Source: Massalongia carnosa (taxonomy: Eukaryota). From it: a DNA stretch of 64,000 bases. The DNA lies in NCBI GenBank assembly GCA_965645245.1, contig OZ287072.1, positions 310,001 through 374,000 of the forward strand. The letters run 5' to 3'. A model generated the notes under the pieces. The model had not been told where the DNA came from. It searched no databases and saw only the letters and a program-made list of their open reading frames with translations. The position numbers and the translations under genes were made by a program. Below, in pieces: positions 24,511 through 38,384 of the stretch (position 1 is its first letter; the number at the start of each line of letters is the position of its first letter).

Positions 24511-25319
24511 GCTTGGATGTCAGCCGCTTGCTCTGTGTTTGTTCCGAGAAAGCGAGAAATTCATTGATAGAGGCCCCTGCAAGCATTACATAATACTCTA
24601 TACATTCTTGTACTAGCGCAGCCATCCGATTTGAGGGGAAGAAGGCTTCAATCAGTATGATCGGCTAGCACCCTTCCTAAGTGGACATTGTGGCTTTGAA
24701 GATAGGCCAATCATGCTGCTGAAAATCAAGGCGCATGCTTCAAAGCGGGTAAGCGCACGGGAGTGACCTGGGCCGATGTATGAGGCCGTGCATGCTGTGT
24801 CAGATGCGGTATAGCGTGCTTTACCTCCTATGCACCATGACTGCACCACGTCTGCCTATCCCAAACATTGTTTTCAGGCACGGGAGTAGCTATTCATTCT
24901 TACGAACATTAATGCACGTTTCTCTTCTCCGCATCTCCGCATCGGCGCGCTCATCTCCCTCTCCTACCCTCTAAACCCTATTAAGATGAGCGATGGAGCT
25001 ATGGCGTTTTCTTCCTCCGTTCATTGGCTATCTGCTGTCCACAACCAGTTAGCCCTATGGAACTGATTCTTTCCGTTGCCAAAGCTCCTCGTCCCTTGCT
25101 CTGCAATTCCCTTTCTCGTTGTTTTCTCGTCATTCTCAAAGAGTCGTCCTTTCTGTATTAAATCATGGGCAAAACGTATATATCCGCCTCCTCTTCCCTT
25201 CTATCCATCGCTTTCGTTTCCTTCGTCTTCCATCCTCGCTTTTCATCCCCCTTCGCACGCTCACTCCACTTGCTCTCTTAGACCTCGGACGTTTATATCA
25301 CACATTTCCCATAGCAAGC

Positions 25320-26525
25320 ATGAGATTCTCAACCACCTTCGCGGCTGCCTTGGCTGTAGGCTTGAGCGTGGCATCCCCAATCGGAGTGGAGAAGCGTCAC
25401 ACCATTTCTACTCCCACGGTCAACGATGGAATTATCCTCAACTACGCGCTGACGTTGGAATACCTGGAGCGGAAATTCTACTGCGAGGCATTGTCAAAGT
25501 TCAGCCACGAAGATTTCAAGAAAGCTGGCTTCGCCGACCCTTTCTACGCTAACCTACAGGAAATCTACTTCGATGAAAAGACCCATGTTTCCTTCCTGTC
25601 TGAAGCATTGACCAAAGCCAAAGTGACTCCAACCGTGGAACTGCAATACGATTTTGGCTTCACCACTGTCAAGAACTTTGTAACTTTAGCCTCGGTGCTT
25701 GAGGGTGTGGGGGTTAGCGCGTATCTCGGTGCCGCTGCTTCGATCGCTAACAAGGATTACCTGACTGCGGCGGGTGCCATCTTGACCATTGAGGCGCGCC
25801 ATACTGCCTACATTCGTTCTGAAATCGCAGAATCTCCGTTCCCAGCTCCGTTTGACACCCCATTAGGCTTTGTGAGTTGGCACATTAACACCATTGCTCA
25901 TTAGCAACTAACACTATAACAGAACGAAGTTTACTCCCTTGCATCTGCCTTCATTGTCGGCGGCAAAAGCCCGGTCACCCTTCCATTCAAGGCTTTCCCC
26001 AAATTAGTCATTCAAGAGAGCCAGTTCTATGAGTAGGTCAATCCGGAAAGATGATTGGAGTCGAGGACTGACAGCCATACAGAGCAGACCAAACCTCTAT
26101 TACATTCACCGGAGCTTACGCTAGCGCCTATGAATTTGATTCCGAGATCACCGAGAAGACGGAAATCTATGCCATCTTCTTCTCCGGCCTACAAAAGGTA
26201 TGTCTTCACCATATCTTAACCCCTTTCCTGTTACATCGCGTATTCTGAACATGATATCCAGTTGGTCGTCAAGGTCAGTGTTTCGAGCAAGAACTATTTG
26301 ATCGAAAAAATTCCCGCCGGCGTTCAAGGCCAGACCTACGTTGTTCTTTCTCGATCAAGCACCAAGTTCAGCGACGAGTTCTACATCGCAGGACCTGCTA
26401 TCATCGAGGTGGGTCGTATGTCTATGTTTCCGCCGAGTTGACGCTAATGACGTATCAATAAGGTTTATCCCAAAGGCAAGGCTCCGTCGACATCTAAAGC
26501 ATATGTGAAGAAGGCTGCTACATGA
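25320..26525 (+). CDS. Secreted ferritin-like domain protein (Rds1-like), multi-exon
   Basis: Signal peptide MRFSTTFAAALAVGLSVASP, then ILNYALTLEYLE, DEKTHV, LEGVGVSAYLGAA and ILTIEARH. Further short exons run to TGA at 26523-26525. Confidence 0.85.
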
Positions 26526-28462
26526 TCATCTCCTATCATTGCTAACGACAGAGGTGGACAAGGGAAAGGCGTAAGCACTTGGAATTTCCTAAAACCGAGG
26601 AGTAGTTCCGGGGGTGTTTTTGGATGCAAGAGAAAATTTCGCGCAAAGGCTTTGCCGCGTTTTGTAATATCTAACGTTACTTTTATTTACTCCGAATAAT
26701 TTTACTACCTATTATCAGCTCTCATTCGTATTTTGTCCCAACCCTTGCAGAGACTCTTACGATTTCGTATCCCATTTACCACCAACCATCATGGATAGAT
26801 ATTCTTCTCTACCTACCTACCTATCTAGGTAAATAGGTATGTATCCCTTAGCTCCATATCCAATCACCAAACTCCCCAACAACCAGAACCAGAGACAGGC
26901 AGCCAGGAGGTGTATGTACCTAGTTAACGTAACCAATAACACACTCCCCAATATAGCTTATTGTCCCCATGACCACCGATCCCTAACGATCCATTTCTTA
27001 CATACCCAGAGAGCTTTAACGATTTTTTGGGAGCGAGAGCGTACCTAGATATCTTTCTTTGTTAAGCGCGAAGGGGGGTTGTTTACTCTCTTTTCTGAGT
27101 TTTTTTGGGATGGGGCAGGTACGGTCTAGATAATGAATGATACGGGAAGGTGGTAGGGAAATCCGGTAGGTCGTGGCCTCAACTTTTTTTTTTTGCTCCT
27201 CCCCTTTTTCGTTTTCGTTCCTTCTTCGCTTCTTTTGTCCTTTTGTCTTTTTCTATACGGAGTATACATTATATATATATCTATTTTTCGTACGTACTTT
27301 GTACTCGAACTCGAACTCGTCGGATCCGGACTACTTGCTGGTACGAAGGAGTGTTCGGGCGAGAATCCGGAGCCGGACCCGAACTCGGACTTTGAATGGA
27401 TAGGAAAGGGGTTATAATTAGTTACATTTCCTTCCAGATGGGTCAAAAGGGGGGGGGAGGGGCGCCTTTCTTCGTTGTCGATTTCTCTCTCTTTTTTTCA
27501 TTTCCATCTTCATGTCTACGAGTATTCGTCTCCAGCTAGGTATCTAGGTCTCTCTCTTTTTTATTTATCTGTGTTGTTGTATCCGCTAAGGAAAAAGTCC
27601 ATACAATACAATACAATACGCTACGTGCTTGTGGGGGGAGGAGGGTTTCCATGGATGAATGAAGGAGATGGTGATTGATTGAATATAAAGTAGATAAAGA
27701 TGTGAGTAGATTTATGTGTAGGGATGTTTATGTATATGTATACAGTGTGTATAAATAAAGGCCCTTCCTGCGGGTTGCAGAAGCCAATCCCAAATTAAAC
27801 CCTTTGCATAAATCCTTGAGGTAGAAGAAAAGGAAGAAGGCAGAAATGGAACGTGAAACCGCTCCATTAAAATTAACAATTCCCTGTTCACATATGCGCT
27901 TTATCGTTTTCTATGAACTCTTAACACCCCCCTCCCCTCCTACCTATCTATGCTGTTCAAAGTACAAACCCAGCCGGGCATTCCCCTCGGCTGGCCAGTA
28001 GATACATACAATTCGCCTTTTCATGTGGACTGATTAACCGCGACTTCTCCCTCTCCCACATGTTCCATGACCGTTTTAAACCCCGCTTTTTAAGGAAGGA
28101 AAGATCCAACCAGAGTCAAGCGGCGACAAGGTGTTAAACAGAGAGGGAGGCAGACAGCCACAGCGGTGTAGCAGAATTCTTTGCGTGTGGAAGTAAAAAA
28201 CCAACCCCCCCCCTTGTTTTGCTAGCATAACGTAGTCGTTAAAAGCCACCCTTGCATAGCCGTCTTGGATTCACGACCTCAGAATTTTATCACCCTCGAT
28301 AGACCCTCGTTTCGAAACCAACTGCCCGCATGAGGGTATTAATCCGCGGGAAAAGGACCGTAAGTACCATGGAATCAAAAACACCCCGCCCCAAAATGCC
28401 ACCAAGGCCGTCGGCGTAAAAGGGAAATGTAATCATCCGGGAAGGAAAACAGACCCCCAGAT

Positions 28463-31400
28463 TTATGCACGCCCAGCAAGTCTCTTCCTCCTCGAAAATA
28501 TCTTGCTAAACCCACTTTCCTCCTTCACATATCGAGGTTTAGGCAAGCTCTTGACCAAGGGAGGGCTAGGAGGCCCCGAGTTTCTCAGAAAATCAGCAAG
28601 TTCACTGATTCCGGTATCATGGTCCCGCTGCCCGCGAGGCTGTATTGCTCGCCGGGGTCCATTCCGCTCGCGATTGATAGGAGCAGGGCAAGCAGGCTGG
28701 ATGGATCTACCTAAATCGACCTTGCTTCCAACCTGGGTGGCCAGATGCGAAGGGGCATCTCGAGGGGTCAATGACAGAAGCTGTGGGTCTCCGTTCTTGG
28801 GCCGGATACTTGAAGGGTTGGATCTGGGCCGTTGAGCTGGTCTAGACGAGGAGGCTTTCGTGGATGAAGGGGAGAAACGATTCTGTCCGAGAGGTTCCCT
28901 TATGCTGGGTCCATCGTTTTCCGTCCGACCGGACTTCGCACCTGGTTTCGGAATCCCTCCAAAGGCTGAAGGGATGATAGGTCTAGGAGGAGGGGTTACA
29001 CTGCGGAGGAAATCAAGCAGACTCTCCTCTTCTCGTCGAGGCTGGGGTGTGATGGCAAGTTCATCGTCTTCCTCGTCATCGGAATCCAAGGGGTAAGGAT
29101 CTTTGTTCCGGCGTTGTTTTCGCGCAGGATGAGGAGGCTCATCTGAACGTGGCGCATTCGTAGCAACGGAGGCTGAAAGATTGGCCCTCACCGTGGACGT
29201 ACTCGTAGCATCGATGAGCGCCGTCGCAGAAGTAGCAGGCGAATACGCCGATTTGGCTGGAGCTGAGCTGTCCTGTGTGCTCGCTGCAGAGCTACTAGCG
29301 TCTCGCGGCGATTTACCTTTCCCGGTGCCGAGGGCTTGAATTTCATCGGAATCCATCGTGGTCCGGAAAGGGGCCACAACCCGTGGGATCCGGTGAATAC
29401 CATCACCTCGATCATGCATAGGTCCTTGCCGAATGAAATCAATCAAATCAGAACTCTGATCGTCGTATGTTGCTCTCGCGCCACGAGGTTCGAGTTTCGA
29501 GGCGGCATTTACAGCTCTAAGGGCCACCGGTAGTTGCGGTTTGGTAATCTTCTTCGAATCAGGCTGATCAGGCGCTGAGCTTGTCTGTAAGACGGATATC
29601 ATATCCTTATTTGGTCGCTTTACTTGTCCTGGGTACTTGACAGCCATTGCTGAAGACCGCGGCTCCAAACCTGGTCGTGACGAGCGAAGGAACTCTGCAA
29701 AATCCGTCGATGTCTCCTTTTTCCCGTTTGCATCCCGCGGGGCTACCAGGCCAGACCTACCGCTTGCTGATACGAACAACCCTTGCTCTGGCTCTTCTAC
29801 CAGCGGGGGGGAAGGGAGAGAACCTGATGCCGAACCGTGGCGCTTTGAGCTCACTTGGGGGTTCGACCGAAGACCGTTAAGGCCTTTGATCACAACGATG
29901 CGACCTTTCCCTGATCGAGCAGATTCAACGTCTCCCAGTTCTCCTTCGCCAGGGGTCTCACTCGCATTTTCCAAGGGTAGGCTGGCTTTCGTTCCCGAGG
30001 GGTTTGTTGACTGCTGGGGTTAGCAAGGAAAAGAAACAGCAGGGTTGAAGGATCATTACCTCCATGTCCCGCATATTCTTCGGAGTGAGCGTGTACTGTA
30101 TAGTTTCGTCGCTCTTGATGAGCTGTTCAAAGCTTCGCTGTTTGTCGAATCTAGGCGATTTAATAGACTGGGTATCGATGGTTGATCCGCTACCTTCGGA
30201 TGATCTCCGCCTTGAAAGTTGCTGCCTATTGCCCTCGGTGGAGTCCCGTCCGATCAGGGTTTTCAGCTTGTGAGAGAGCTGCGAAGTTCCGGATATGGAA
30301 GTATGGGGCCGGCTGCTGCTTGTCGAGTTTCTCGCAAGGTGCCCCAATGCTTCTCGCACGAGCACGGGAGAGGGCGTGATTCGTTGCACCGCTGCTCGTT
30401 CTTTACCTGTGGTATTGACTAAGGGAAGCTCTTTGCGCAGGTCTGAAACTCTACTTCCTCTTGAAGATGACTTTCCCGGCGAGAAATCCGGGGAGTTCTG
30501 AAAATTGGGACTAGGAGAATCGTTGTGGATCGGGTCTAGTGATACGCCAGTCCCAGGCTTCGAAGCATCGTGGCTTGGAGCAAGTGAAGACGAGTCATCC
30601 GAAGTGTCATGAGCCGCTTCCATCAGCTCCCGTAGCGGTGTAAGTGGAGGAGCGCCATGCTCGACTCCACATAGATGGCTAGCCGCCTTGGTTGGGGTTA
30701 ACCGTACTTCAGGACTAGGACTACTCAGTCCCGAATCTTTATAATCTGGATCACTGCGTGGGATCGAAGCAATTCCATATACGAAAGAAGCCTGTTGCTT
30801 GCCACGTCCCGTGTTCCCATTTCCGGGCGCCATCCTGTCCAGAACGCGAAGTTGTTGCCCTTGCGTCGTCGGTAAGCCCGCCCGGGCAACATCGTCCAGC
30901 GAATTCAAACCAACATCCCGCTGTTCCTCACGTCCCCTGACCATTGCATTGCCGTATACTGACGACGGGTAGCGCGCAGGATATTCAGAATCCAGTTTTT
31001 CACTATCATTAGAGTCTGAGACTGTGCCCTCAGCGGTCTTGGTTAATACTGGGTACCCTCCAGGTCTGGCCTCGTAGCTAGCAGAAATTGGGTAATGGGA
31101 AGTCTGTACATGCCCATTACCCTCACCATCATCATCCTTGGGTGAATCCAACGCCTTGACGTGATACGATGGTGCCGCAGCATCGACCCCGCGGATCTTA
31201 CGATTAGATGCCCTGTGCCCAGCCCCGCCCACAGGCTGTGTGATTTCCTGAGGAGGAGTTTTGACATCAACTTCAACGCTCTTTTCCAAATTTTGGTTGC
31301 TGACCTGCGAGACAATAACGCTCTCGGCGATGGTATCTGGCGTAGCGTCGAGCGTGGTCACGTTTCTTGGGCCTTGAGCTCGGTTTTGATTCGGAGAGGG

Positions 31401-32795
31401 GACGATATTATCGCTTTCCCTTGGTGTGAACCATGTCTCCGATAGAGGAGACAGGGAAGACGGTGCCTCTGGGGTGGGTAGGGACGAAGATCTTTGGTGC
31501 CATTTCGATCTTGTGAGCTGCGATCCAGGGTAGGTCGCATGGATGGCCGAATCCGTTCCGGGTAGATTTGTCAACGGCAAGAACACCAGCGGTTGCGAGT
31601 AAACCATCATGCTGCGACGGCGATTTTCGCTGCTCCCCTTGATCACGGTGGCCCGCCCTGATGTTGTTTCCGCCAAGCCAATAACAATTCCACGTGAATG
31701 GTTTTGCCCGTTGTCTGATGGCTCAACCGAAGCACTTGGCTCCTGTTCCTCCTGTAAAACCTCCGCAACCGAAGACCTTTGGATAGGATCCACATCATGA
31801 ATCGGCTCATCCACTTCGCTGACGCTTGGGCTCGCGGACGATGATGCTGTGCGTCTGCGGACCAAGTCCCGAGATAAGGGTCGAGTATGCGACACACTAG
31901 AAGCTCTAACCCGTTTTTTCCACGATCTCCACAAGCGCCCCAAAGTGGTGTTGAACGCTATTTTTTCAATATCGGTGTCTTCCACCACCACGCGCTTACA
32001 GTCTCCCGCATCGGTGGAGAGCTCATCCTCTTGGTGCAATGGTCGGATATCTCTACGGTTGTATGCAGCTTCACCGGCAATCATGAGCGCATGCTCTCCG
32101 ACAAACTCAAGAATGGACGTCAGAAAGATCGCAGCGGCAGGGGAGATGATTCCGAGCTCTCGCGAGAGACGGCGATGATCTTCTGTGGCATCTTCCAAGC
32201 GTTCGCGTTCGATGAACATTTCTTCATCGTCTTCTTCCATGTCCCCTAAGCGGGTGTACACCATGCAACGAAGTCGCGTTCTCCTCCACACCAGGTTTAG
32301 ATCCCATTTTCCTCGCGACTCCTGACCGTTATGAAAAGCCGATAACTCTTCATTGTCTCCGCCCACCAAGAATTCTCGCAATTCGTCGTCAGCACCCAGG
32401 ATGGCTTCCTTTGCTAACCGAGGCTTAAGCACTTCCGATACCGCCGGTCGGAGCGAGATGATCGACGTTGACCGCGCACAGGCCAGAATGCTGAACAGGA
32501 GTTGGTCCAGGAAAGAGTTGACCAGCAACAAGGAGGAGGGCGAGACGACCACAGTGTCGGCATCATTGTGTCCTCCGTTATCTTCGAACCAGCTGTCGAC
32601 TTGGTTCTGGTGATCGCTGAAGACGATCTGGGACGCAGCAGAAGCAGCGATATACGCGGGGTCTGGAGCGACTAAAGGCGGTGATGCCAGCGACGATGAG
32701 GTTGATATTGGCGTTCGATCGCTGGATTGGCTCCGACTTCGTTGCATTGATGATAGCTGTAAGTCCAGGCCCTCCGGTTGCGAAAGCCGCTGCAT
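28463..32795 (-). CDS. Large conserved fungal Ser/Pro-rich protein of unknown function with a histone-fold-like N-terminal region
   Basis: Two long ORFs joined by an intron near 30060-30015 (DME|GTAATG...GCTAACCCCAG). Conserved blocks: PDPAYIAASAASQIV, LVWRRTRLRCMVYTRLGDMEE, AAIFLTSILEFVGE, FEQLIKSDETIQYTLTP and repeated LxDFLR motifs. The start codon is uncertain. Confidence 0.75.
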
Positions 32796-34559
32796 TAAGG
32801 AAAAATAAAGGGGTGGGAATTCGGATGAGATGGTGAAGGCTGTGGGTGGATAAGATGGTGTATCCTGACACCCGAGGGCGGGGTTTTCCGGGGTTGTGAC
32901 TTTCAATGTTCATTTGCGCATCTTATTCAGTGTGGACAATGCCAGCCGAAACTCCGTGTGCGGCGATAAGGCTATCGGGAACCCGACTACGCATGGAGCA
33001 GCGCCTGAGAGGAATCTCCAGTTTATGCCGAATATACGCAGTTCAGCTTGAAGGGGGAGGTGGAAGTCAGTCTCATGAAGCCTACCTGAATGCAGGCTTA
33101 CACAACGGTCACCTTCAGGCTGCCTTGGTGTTTTCTGCGTAATCCGCTGGGTTGTAGAGCACAAACAAAAGCGTCAAAAGGGACGATGCTTTTCGACAAG
33201 GGCGCAAATGGGAGAAAGATTGAAGAACAATGGGGCTTGTCTATGTCATCGATGTTGAGGCGCACACAGTCTCGTATGAGGGGGAGGGGGAGATGGATTT
33301 TCCAATACGCTCGGACATACGGGAAAGACAAGTAATCGGGAGCAGGGTTTGAGTTGAGGAGCTCGAAGCAGCGGAGTAGCCAAGGGGTCAACTGACTGAT
33401 CCAGAAAGGAGAGATTCGAATCCACCGATCAAGAAGGGAAGGAAGCTGGCGATGAAGTCGAATGGAGCCATGGCTGCCGGTTTGGTGCAAGCTTCAAAGT
33501 TTCAGGACGATGCACGGAAGAGGAATGGTTTGGTGACATGCAGTGCCTCCCTTCCCGGCCGCACGCTCGGCTCCTCTTGTCCATGATATTATGGGCATTT
33601 GGACTAGAGTACTCTGTGGTGACTCTGTACCCCGTAGTACGAAGTACTCTGTACGGATTATCGCACAAAACAAGACATGAGTTTTAACCGAAAGGTCTGA
33701 CGGGCCATCCGACTTGCAGCAACTGCCAATGCATGTACAAGGATTAACCCAATGTGCCAATACTCTACTCTGTATATAGGAATGAAGGGGCGCCGGGGGG
33801 CTTTTGGGGGCTGGCTTCATGTCTCGGTCAGGGAAGGAGATGCTCTAGATCATACTCTATAACGTACCTTTCCCCGAAGGTAGGTTGTTAGTCTCGCTCT
33901 TGATTGTTCGAGTTATCGGTTTACAGACTGCTCGGTGCGCTGTGCACCATTCCTTCCTGCCGGACCTGGGCGAACAGGTGGAGAGGAAGGTACTCTAGGT
34001 ACTCTGTGTTATCAAAGCCTTTTATGATCCTTGAGTTCTCATGACTCCTGGGCACGGAGTACCGAATACTCTAAGTGACACTCTACAAAGAAGGCAAGGT
34101 ACAGCGTACTCTGTATTCTGTATGATGTACAGAGTACTCGGTACTCTACATGCCTAAAAGGTAGGATACGACGAATACAGAGTACTCGGTACTTTGAAAC
34201 TACCTAGTCCGTAACTTTACCCCATGTGCCCATATCACACTAGCACTAGCTCTCAAAGGTGATCGTGCGAAGATGGGCGCGGCTCACGCTAATATAACTA
34301 ACGGTAGCTTAAGTCGATCAAACTAGCTACCAGGGTGCTCCATGATTACATATCCATTAGCTGGACCAATTACATCCCTTCTCCTGCTTGGGCTGTTTTC
34401 TGGAAGCTACAGAGTACAGAGTACTCCCTACAGAGTACTCCCTACAGAGTTAAGAGATGGCAGGGTTCTCTTTTATACTCTGTACTTGTAAACGCCACAA
34501 ATTCCGTAACTACCAAGATTATGCAGGGCTATTTTCCAAGATTTGAGAGCTGACCACAG

Positions 34560-34602
34560 ACTCCGCACTCCGCACTCCGCACTCCGCACTCCACACTCCA
34601 CA
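34560..34602. repeat. Heptamer tandem repeat (ACTCCGC/ACTCCAC)n
   Basis: actccgc x4 followed by actccac x2. Confidence 0.85.
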
Positions 34603-35573
34603 CTTTGACCTTTCTTCACTTTTAGACCGAGTTTGTGTCCCTGAATTGTTCTAGCCCTCGCCAATCTCGACTCGGGCTTATGGGCTGAATTGATGCTCCA
34701 TCTCCCACACAGATATATCTTGCTCATCCACAGAACAATCGGACCTCTGATGGTTAATAGTTATGTCAAAGACAACAGACTGATTAGCGACGCTGAATCT
34801 CCAGAATATTGCTTAAAGAATCAAGATGTCACCCGCATTGTTCCCTACCGTAGGCTAAAGGAACGGATAAAATCTCCTAACGTTGACGGATGGTTCCAAC
34901 AAGCCTTCAAATGGAAGCCTGCTGCTTCCTAAGACTCCGCCGATAAACTCAGCTTTGACCGCATGACGTTAAGGGCGTCACCACGCTTTTCCATACGCAC
35001 CGTGATCAGACCTTTAGTGTCCTTAGATAATCCTCCGAGTACCTTTCCATGGAGCCCCAATAACACATGTACGGCCGCATGCTTGGCAACCTCTGTTGTT
35101 TTGTTGCATAAAGCAACAGCTGCTCGGGGGGGTCGGAGCTCCTGCATCCTCAACACAGGATCGGTGGTTTATGATCCATTAAGATCTTCAATGCTATTGT
35201 TGTCTTCCCTATATTTACAGAAAAAATGCTCTTTTATTTGTGTTCTCCTATTTGCCAAAAATCCATTTTACACAAAATGTATAGCCTAAACTAGATCAGC
35301 TATATTCAAACGCATGTAACATGCACGGGAGTATGGATAGACTGATAGAGATCAAAGGAGCAGCATCATGGAAACCCAAACGCCACCATCACATCTGCTC
35401 AAGCATCCCTCAAGCAATGGCAATGCCTACTAAAGTCTGCAAAGGGCAAAACACCATCTTTCGTTGCTTAAGACCTCTACCTATCCGCGCTGTGAAAAGG
35501 CCCTTGAAGACATCCAAGGAAACTCGACTTGGGAACCCGGCCTCATCCATGTCCTCTAGTCGTTGGATTGGCC

Positions 35574-35810
35574 TCATTCTTCCGCGTTTGTTCGCCTATC
35601 GGACCAACAATCAGGAATTTGGGATTGTATGACTTGGATTCGATAACATCTCACACACTTCGTGTCTAATCTGGCGATTCCGTCCACGAGGGCGTCCCAA
35701 CAGCCTTGGGTTAGATTCCCGTGATTACGAGCCCTTGCACAAGGGAAGCGGTTGGTTTTTGGTCCCCAGTGGCCACAGGGGACATGAAAGGTTTCTTCAA
35801 GATAGCACAT
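35574..35810 (-). CDS. Putative small Cys-rich (possibly zinc-binding) fungal protein, 78 aa
   Basis: MCYLEETFHVPCGHWG...PCARA...GCW...KCVRC fits the MC-x-CGH-x-C-x-C-x-CxxC pattern common in small fungal proteins. There is no expression evidence. Confidence 0.4.
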   Translation of the reverse strand: MCYLEETFHVPCGHWGPKTNRFPCARARNHGNLTQGCWDALVDGIARLDTKCVRCYRIQVIQSQIPDCWSDRRTNAEE

Positions 35811-37431
35811 CAACCCCTTAGGATCCATATGAAGGCTTCTAAATTGCTAAGGGGTTGGAACTGGATGTTAGCAGAAGATTTCATTTATCTAAAGGTTTTT
35901 CTACGACTATGGGATCTCTTGGCTGCTGTGTTTCTTTTTCGATGACTAATTGTCGTTCATTGTGGTGTTGGCAAGCTAGCTCGCAAACTCTACCATACAA
36001 TTTGCTGGAATGAAAAGTGTAGCCTCGTCATTTGGAACAATCACTCTGTACATCACCTTTGTCCCCCGCAGGAACACCTTGTCAAGCTCTTCAGTCTTCG
36101 ATCTGTTTGCTTTGTTAGATGGTTTTATTGTTGGCCTGTGCTTTCTCACGTCTTCCCTTTCATGCTTTTGTTCGTCTTCTTTGTTTGCCCGTCTCATCCA
36201 ACGGGGTCTCCTCTTGGGGTAGTAATTAGTCCCGGTTTGAATCTCAGATATGCGGGTAGATATACCTTAATATCCCATGGAAGTTGAGGCGGGTCCGATC
36301 TCTTTCCAACCCATACCGGCTGCGGGCATGGTCTCCGCTGCGTTTTCGTCTGGTGGTAAGGTAATCCAATACTTCATCGCTGGGCAGAGCAGGTAAAGAA
36401 ATACACACAGTCCTCGCCTTATGGAGCAGATCTTAGCCACAGTACTCCAGCGGAAAGGTGCTTTCGCACAAATCCTAAAATGGCTATTTAGACGGTGCTG
36501 AATTCTCTTGAGCAGCAGATTGGTCTAATCTGCAATGCCAACGTTACAGAATAGGGCAGAGTTTTCCTGTACCGCACAAACAGGACCTGCACCAATGAAG
36601 CTGCAGCACCTGGCATCAACAACCTGCCCTTGTCATGATGACTGTTGAGCCTGAAACACGAAACACAAACTTCATTTATTGGTCACGTGAGGGCCTTGGA
36701 TCACGTGAAGGTTGATGGGCAAAGGTATCAAACCGCCAAACGGCAACAAAGCATTTATTAAGATTCAATCCATCTCAAGCCCTGGTCTGCTTAAATAGGT
36801 AGCTGCGTCCCATGTTTAAAAGATTCTTTGTTCAAGTTGGGTGGCACTGGTTATTGTCATCCTCTACGAGAATTGGCAAAGGGGAGGCACGGACCAGTAT
36901 CATCCAACGTCGTGTAGGCTATTCCAAAGGCTCGCTCAAAGTGGAGAGTTGACCCAGGTGGTTTAGGCAACGTCATAGGGCTAGCTTTAAAGTGATATAA
37001 TAAGTAGTCAAACATTACATGCGTAGGCCAGAATCGACAGGAACCGGAGAATGAAAACTTGAAAAACCTTACGGAGTACAGATTTTTTAATTTAGCATGT
37101 AAGAGCATTTAAATAAGATTTTACTAATTCCCATGACTAATCCACCCAAGGCCATTGTCTTGCGAGCCAACCATCATAGAGTAAGTCGATAAAGGATCAA
37201 GCTAGCATTTCCGGTGGCGCGCCAACCATGAGCCGAGGCCTTCGACCTCAAAGAAGACATTCCATATCCTGATCATCAAAGGCATTTAGAGTACTCACTG
37301 ACATTCCAAGAATATCGTTCAAATGCCCCGGGACCGTACTTTATTATTTCGGTTAACAATAAATAACGAGGATGGTATAGTGGATTAGTATGCGCGCTGC
37401 AGGATGATGACCTTCGTGCGACCAAAGCCGA

Positions 37432-37513
37432 GATAAGATATCAGATCTGCGGGATAACTAGCTTACTCCCTTATCGGGGTAACGTTGGGAGCAAGAGGGG
37501 CAAGAAGGATAAG
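37432..37513. promoter_or_regulatory. Cluster of GATA sites (AreA/NIT2-type) upstream of glutamine synthetase
   Basis: GATAAG 37432, GATATC 37437, GATAAC 37453, CTTATC 37470 and GATAAG 37508 fall within about 80 bp, roughly 0.9 kb upstream of the GS ATG. Confidence 0.55.
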
Positions 37514-38384
37514 AAGGGCGAGAAGGGCTGACCCTCGACTGTCTTCGTGGGGCTTCATTGCCCACTCTTTCCCAGCATCATGAGCCAGTGAATCAATCCC
37601 AAGATCGATCGTTCTTCTCGGTTCGCTAACAACTGCAGCACGCAGGACCCAGGAAGGCAGAACCTGCTTCTTCCTCATGCATTATTTTGCAGGACATGTC
37701 CCGTTCCCGCCGCACTTCATCGGTTATGGAGGATTAATGGCATGCGACTCGGTGAAGGGGAACGAGACTCGGTACTCTGTATTCGGTACCGAGTGCTCTA
37801 TGTGTTGTGAGAGGGGTGGGAGGTCTTCAAGAAGATGAGTTAGGGTCGATACCTTCAAAGAGCAGATAATCATGAGGACGATATTTCACAAATTAGAGTA
37901 GGGAATGTAGACCGATCTCTCTTCTGGGAAGACCGCCGAGGGGCCGTAACTCGACTCTCATGATTTTAGGTACAGAGTGCTCTGGGTAGGTATCGTGTAA
38001 ATGGCACATGGTCGTAGCGTGGGCTTAATACCCTTAGAAACAGTTCTCATTCGCAGTGATTATGGCAGGCAAGGAGAACAGAATAGCTGTGCATCAAACG
38101 CCTTCCCGACACCGATGAAATGCTTTCCCCTCTCGGCCTTCCTCGACCCCCGACGCCTTGAGAAAACACAAAACGTAACGCATGCCTTAGCGCGGCCTGA
38201 TCTATTCCTGTGAGCTGCTTAAAACCACTTTCACCTCCCCCCATCTTTTCCCTCTCTTCTTCACAACACCCACCATCTGTTGAATCCGACTCATACCTTA
38301 CTTCCCTAAGCTTTCCTCTACCTCGACATCAACTCCTCTCTGCTGCTTACCACCCAGCAATCACGCTTCGAAAGCTTCGCAGTC

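Noticed and set aside
26800..27800. Several short overlapping ORFs
   Set aside because: These arise from low-complexity T-rich intergenic sequence.
33600..34490. Repeated motif cluster considered as a CRISPR-like array
   Set aside because: The repeats are short, degenerate, in both orientations and irregularly spaced. The context is eukaryotic with no cas genes.
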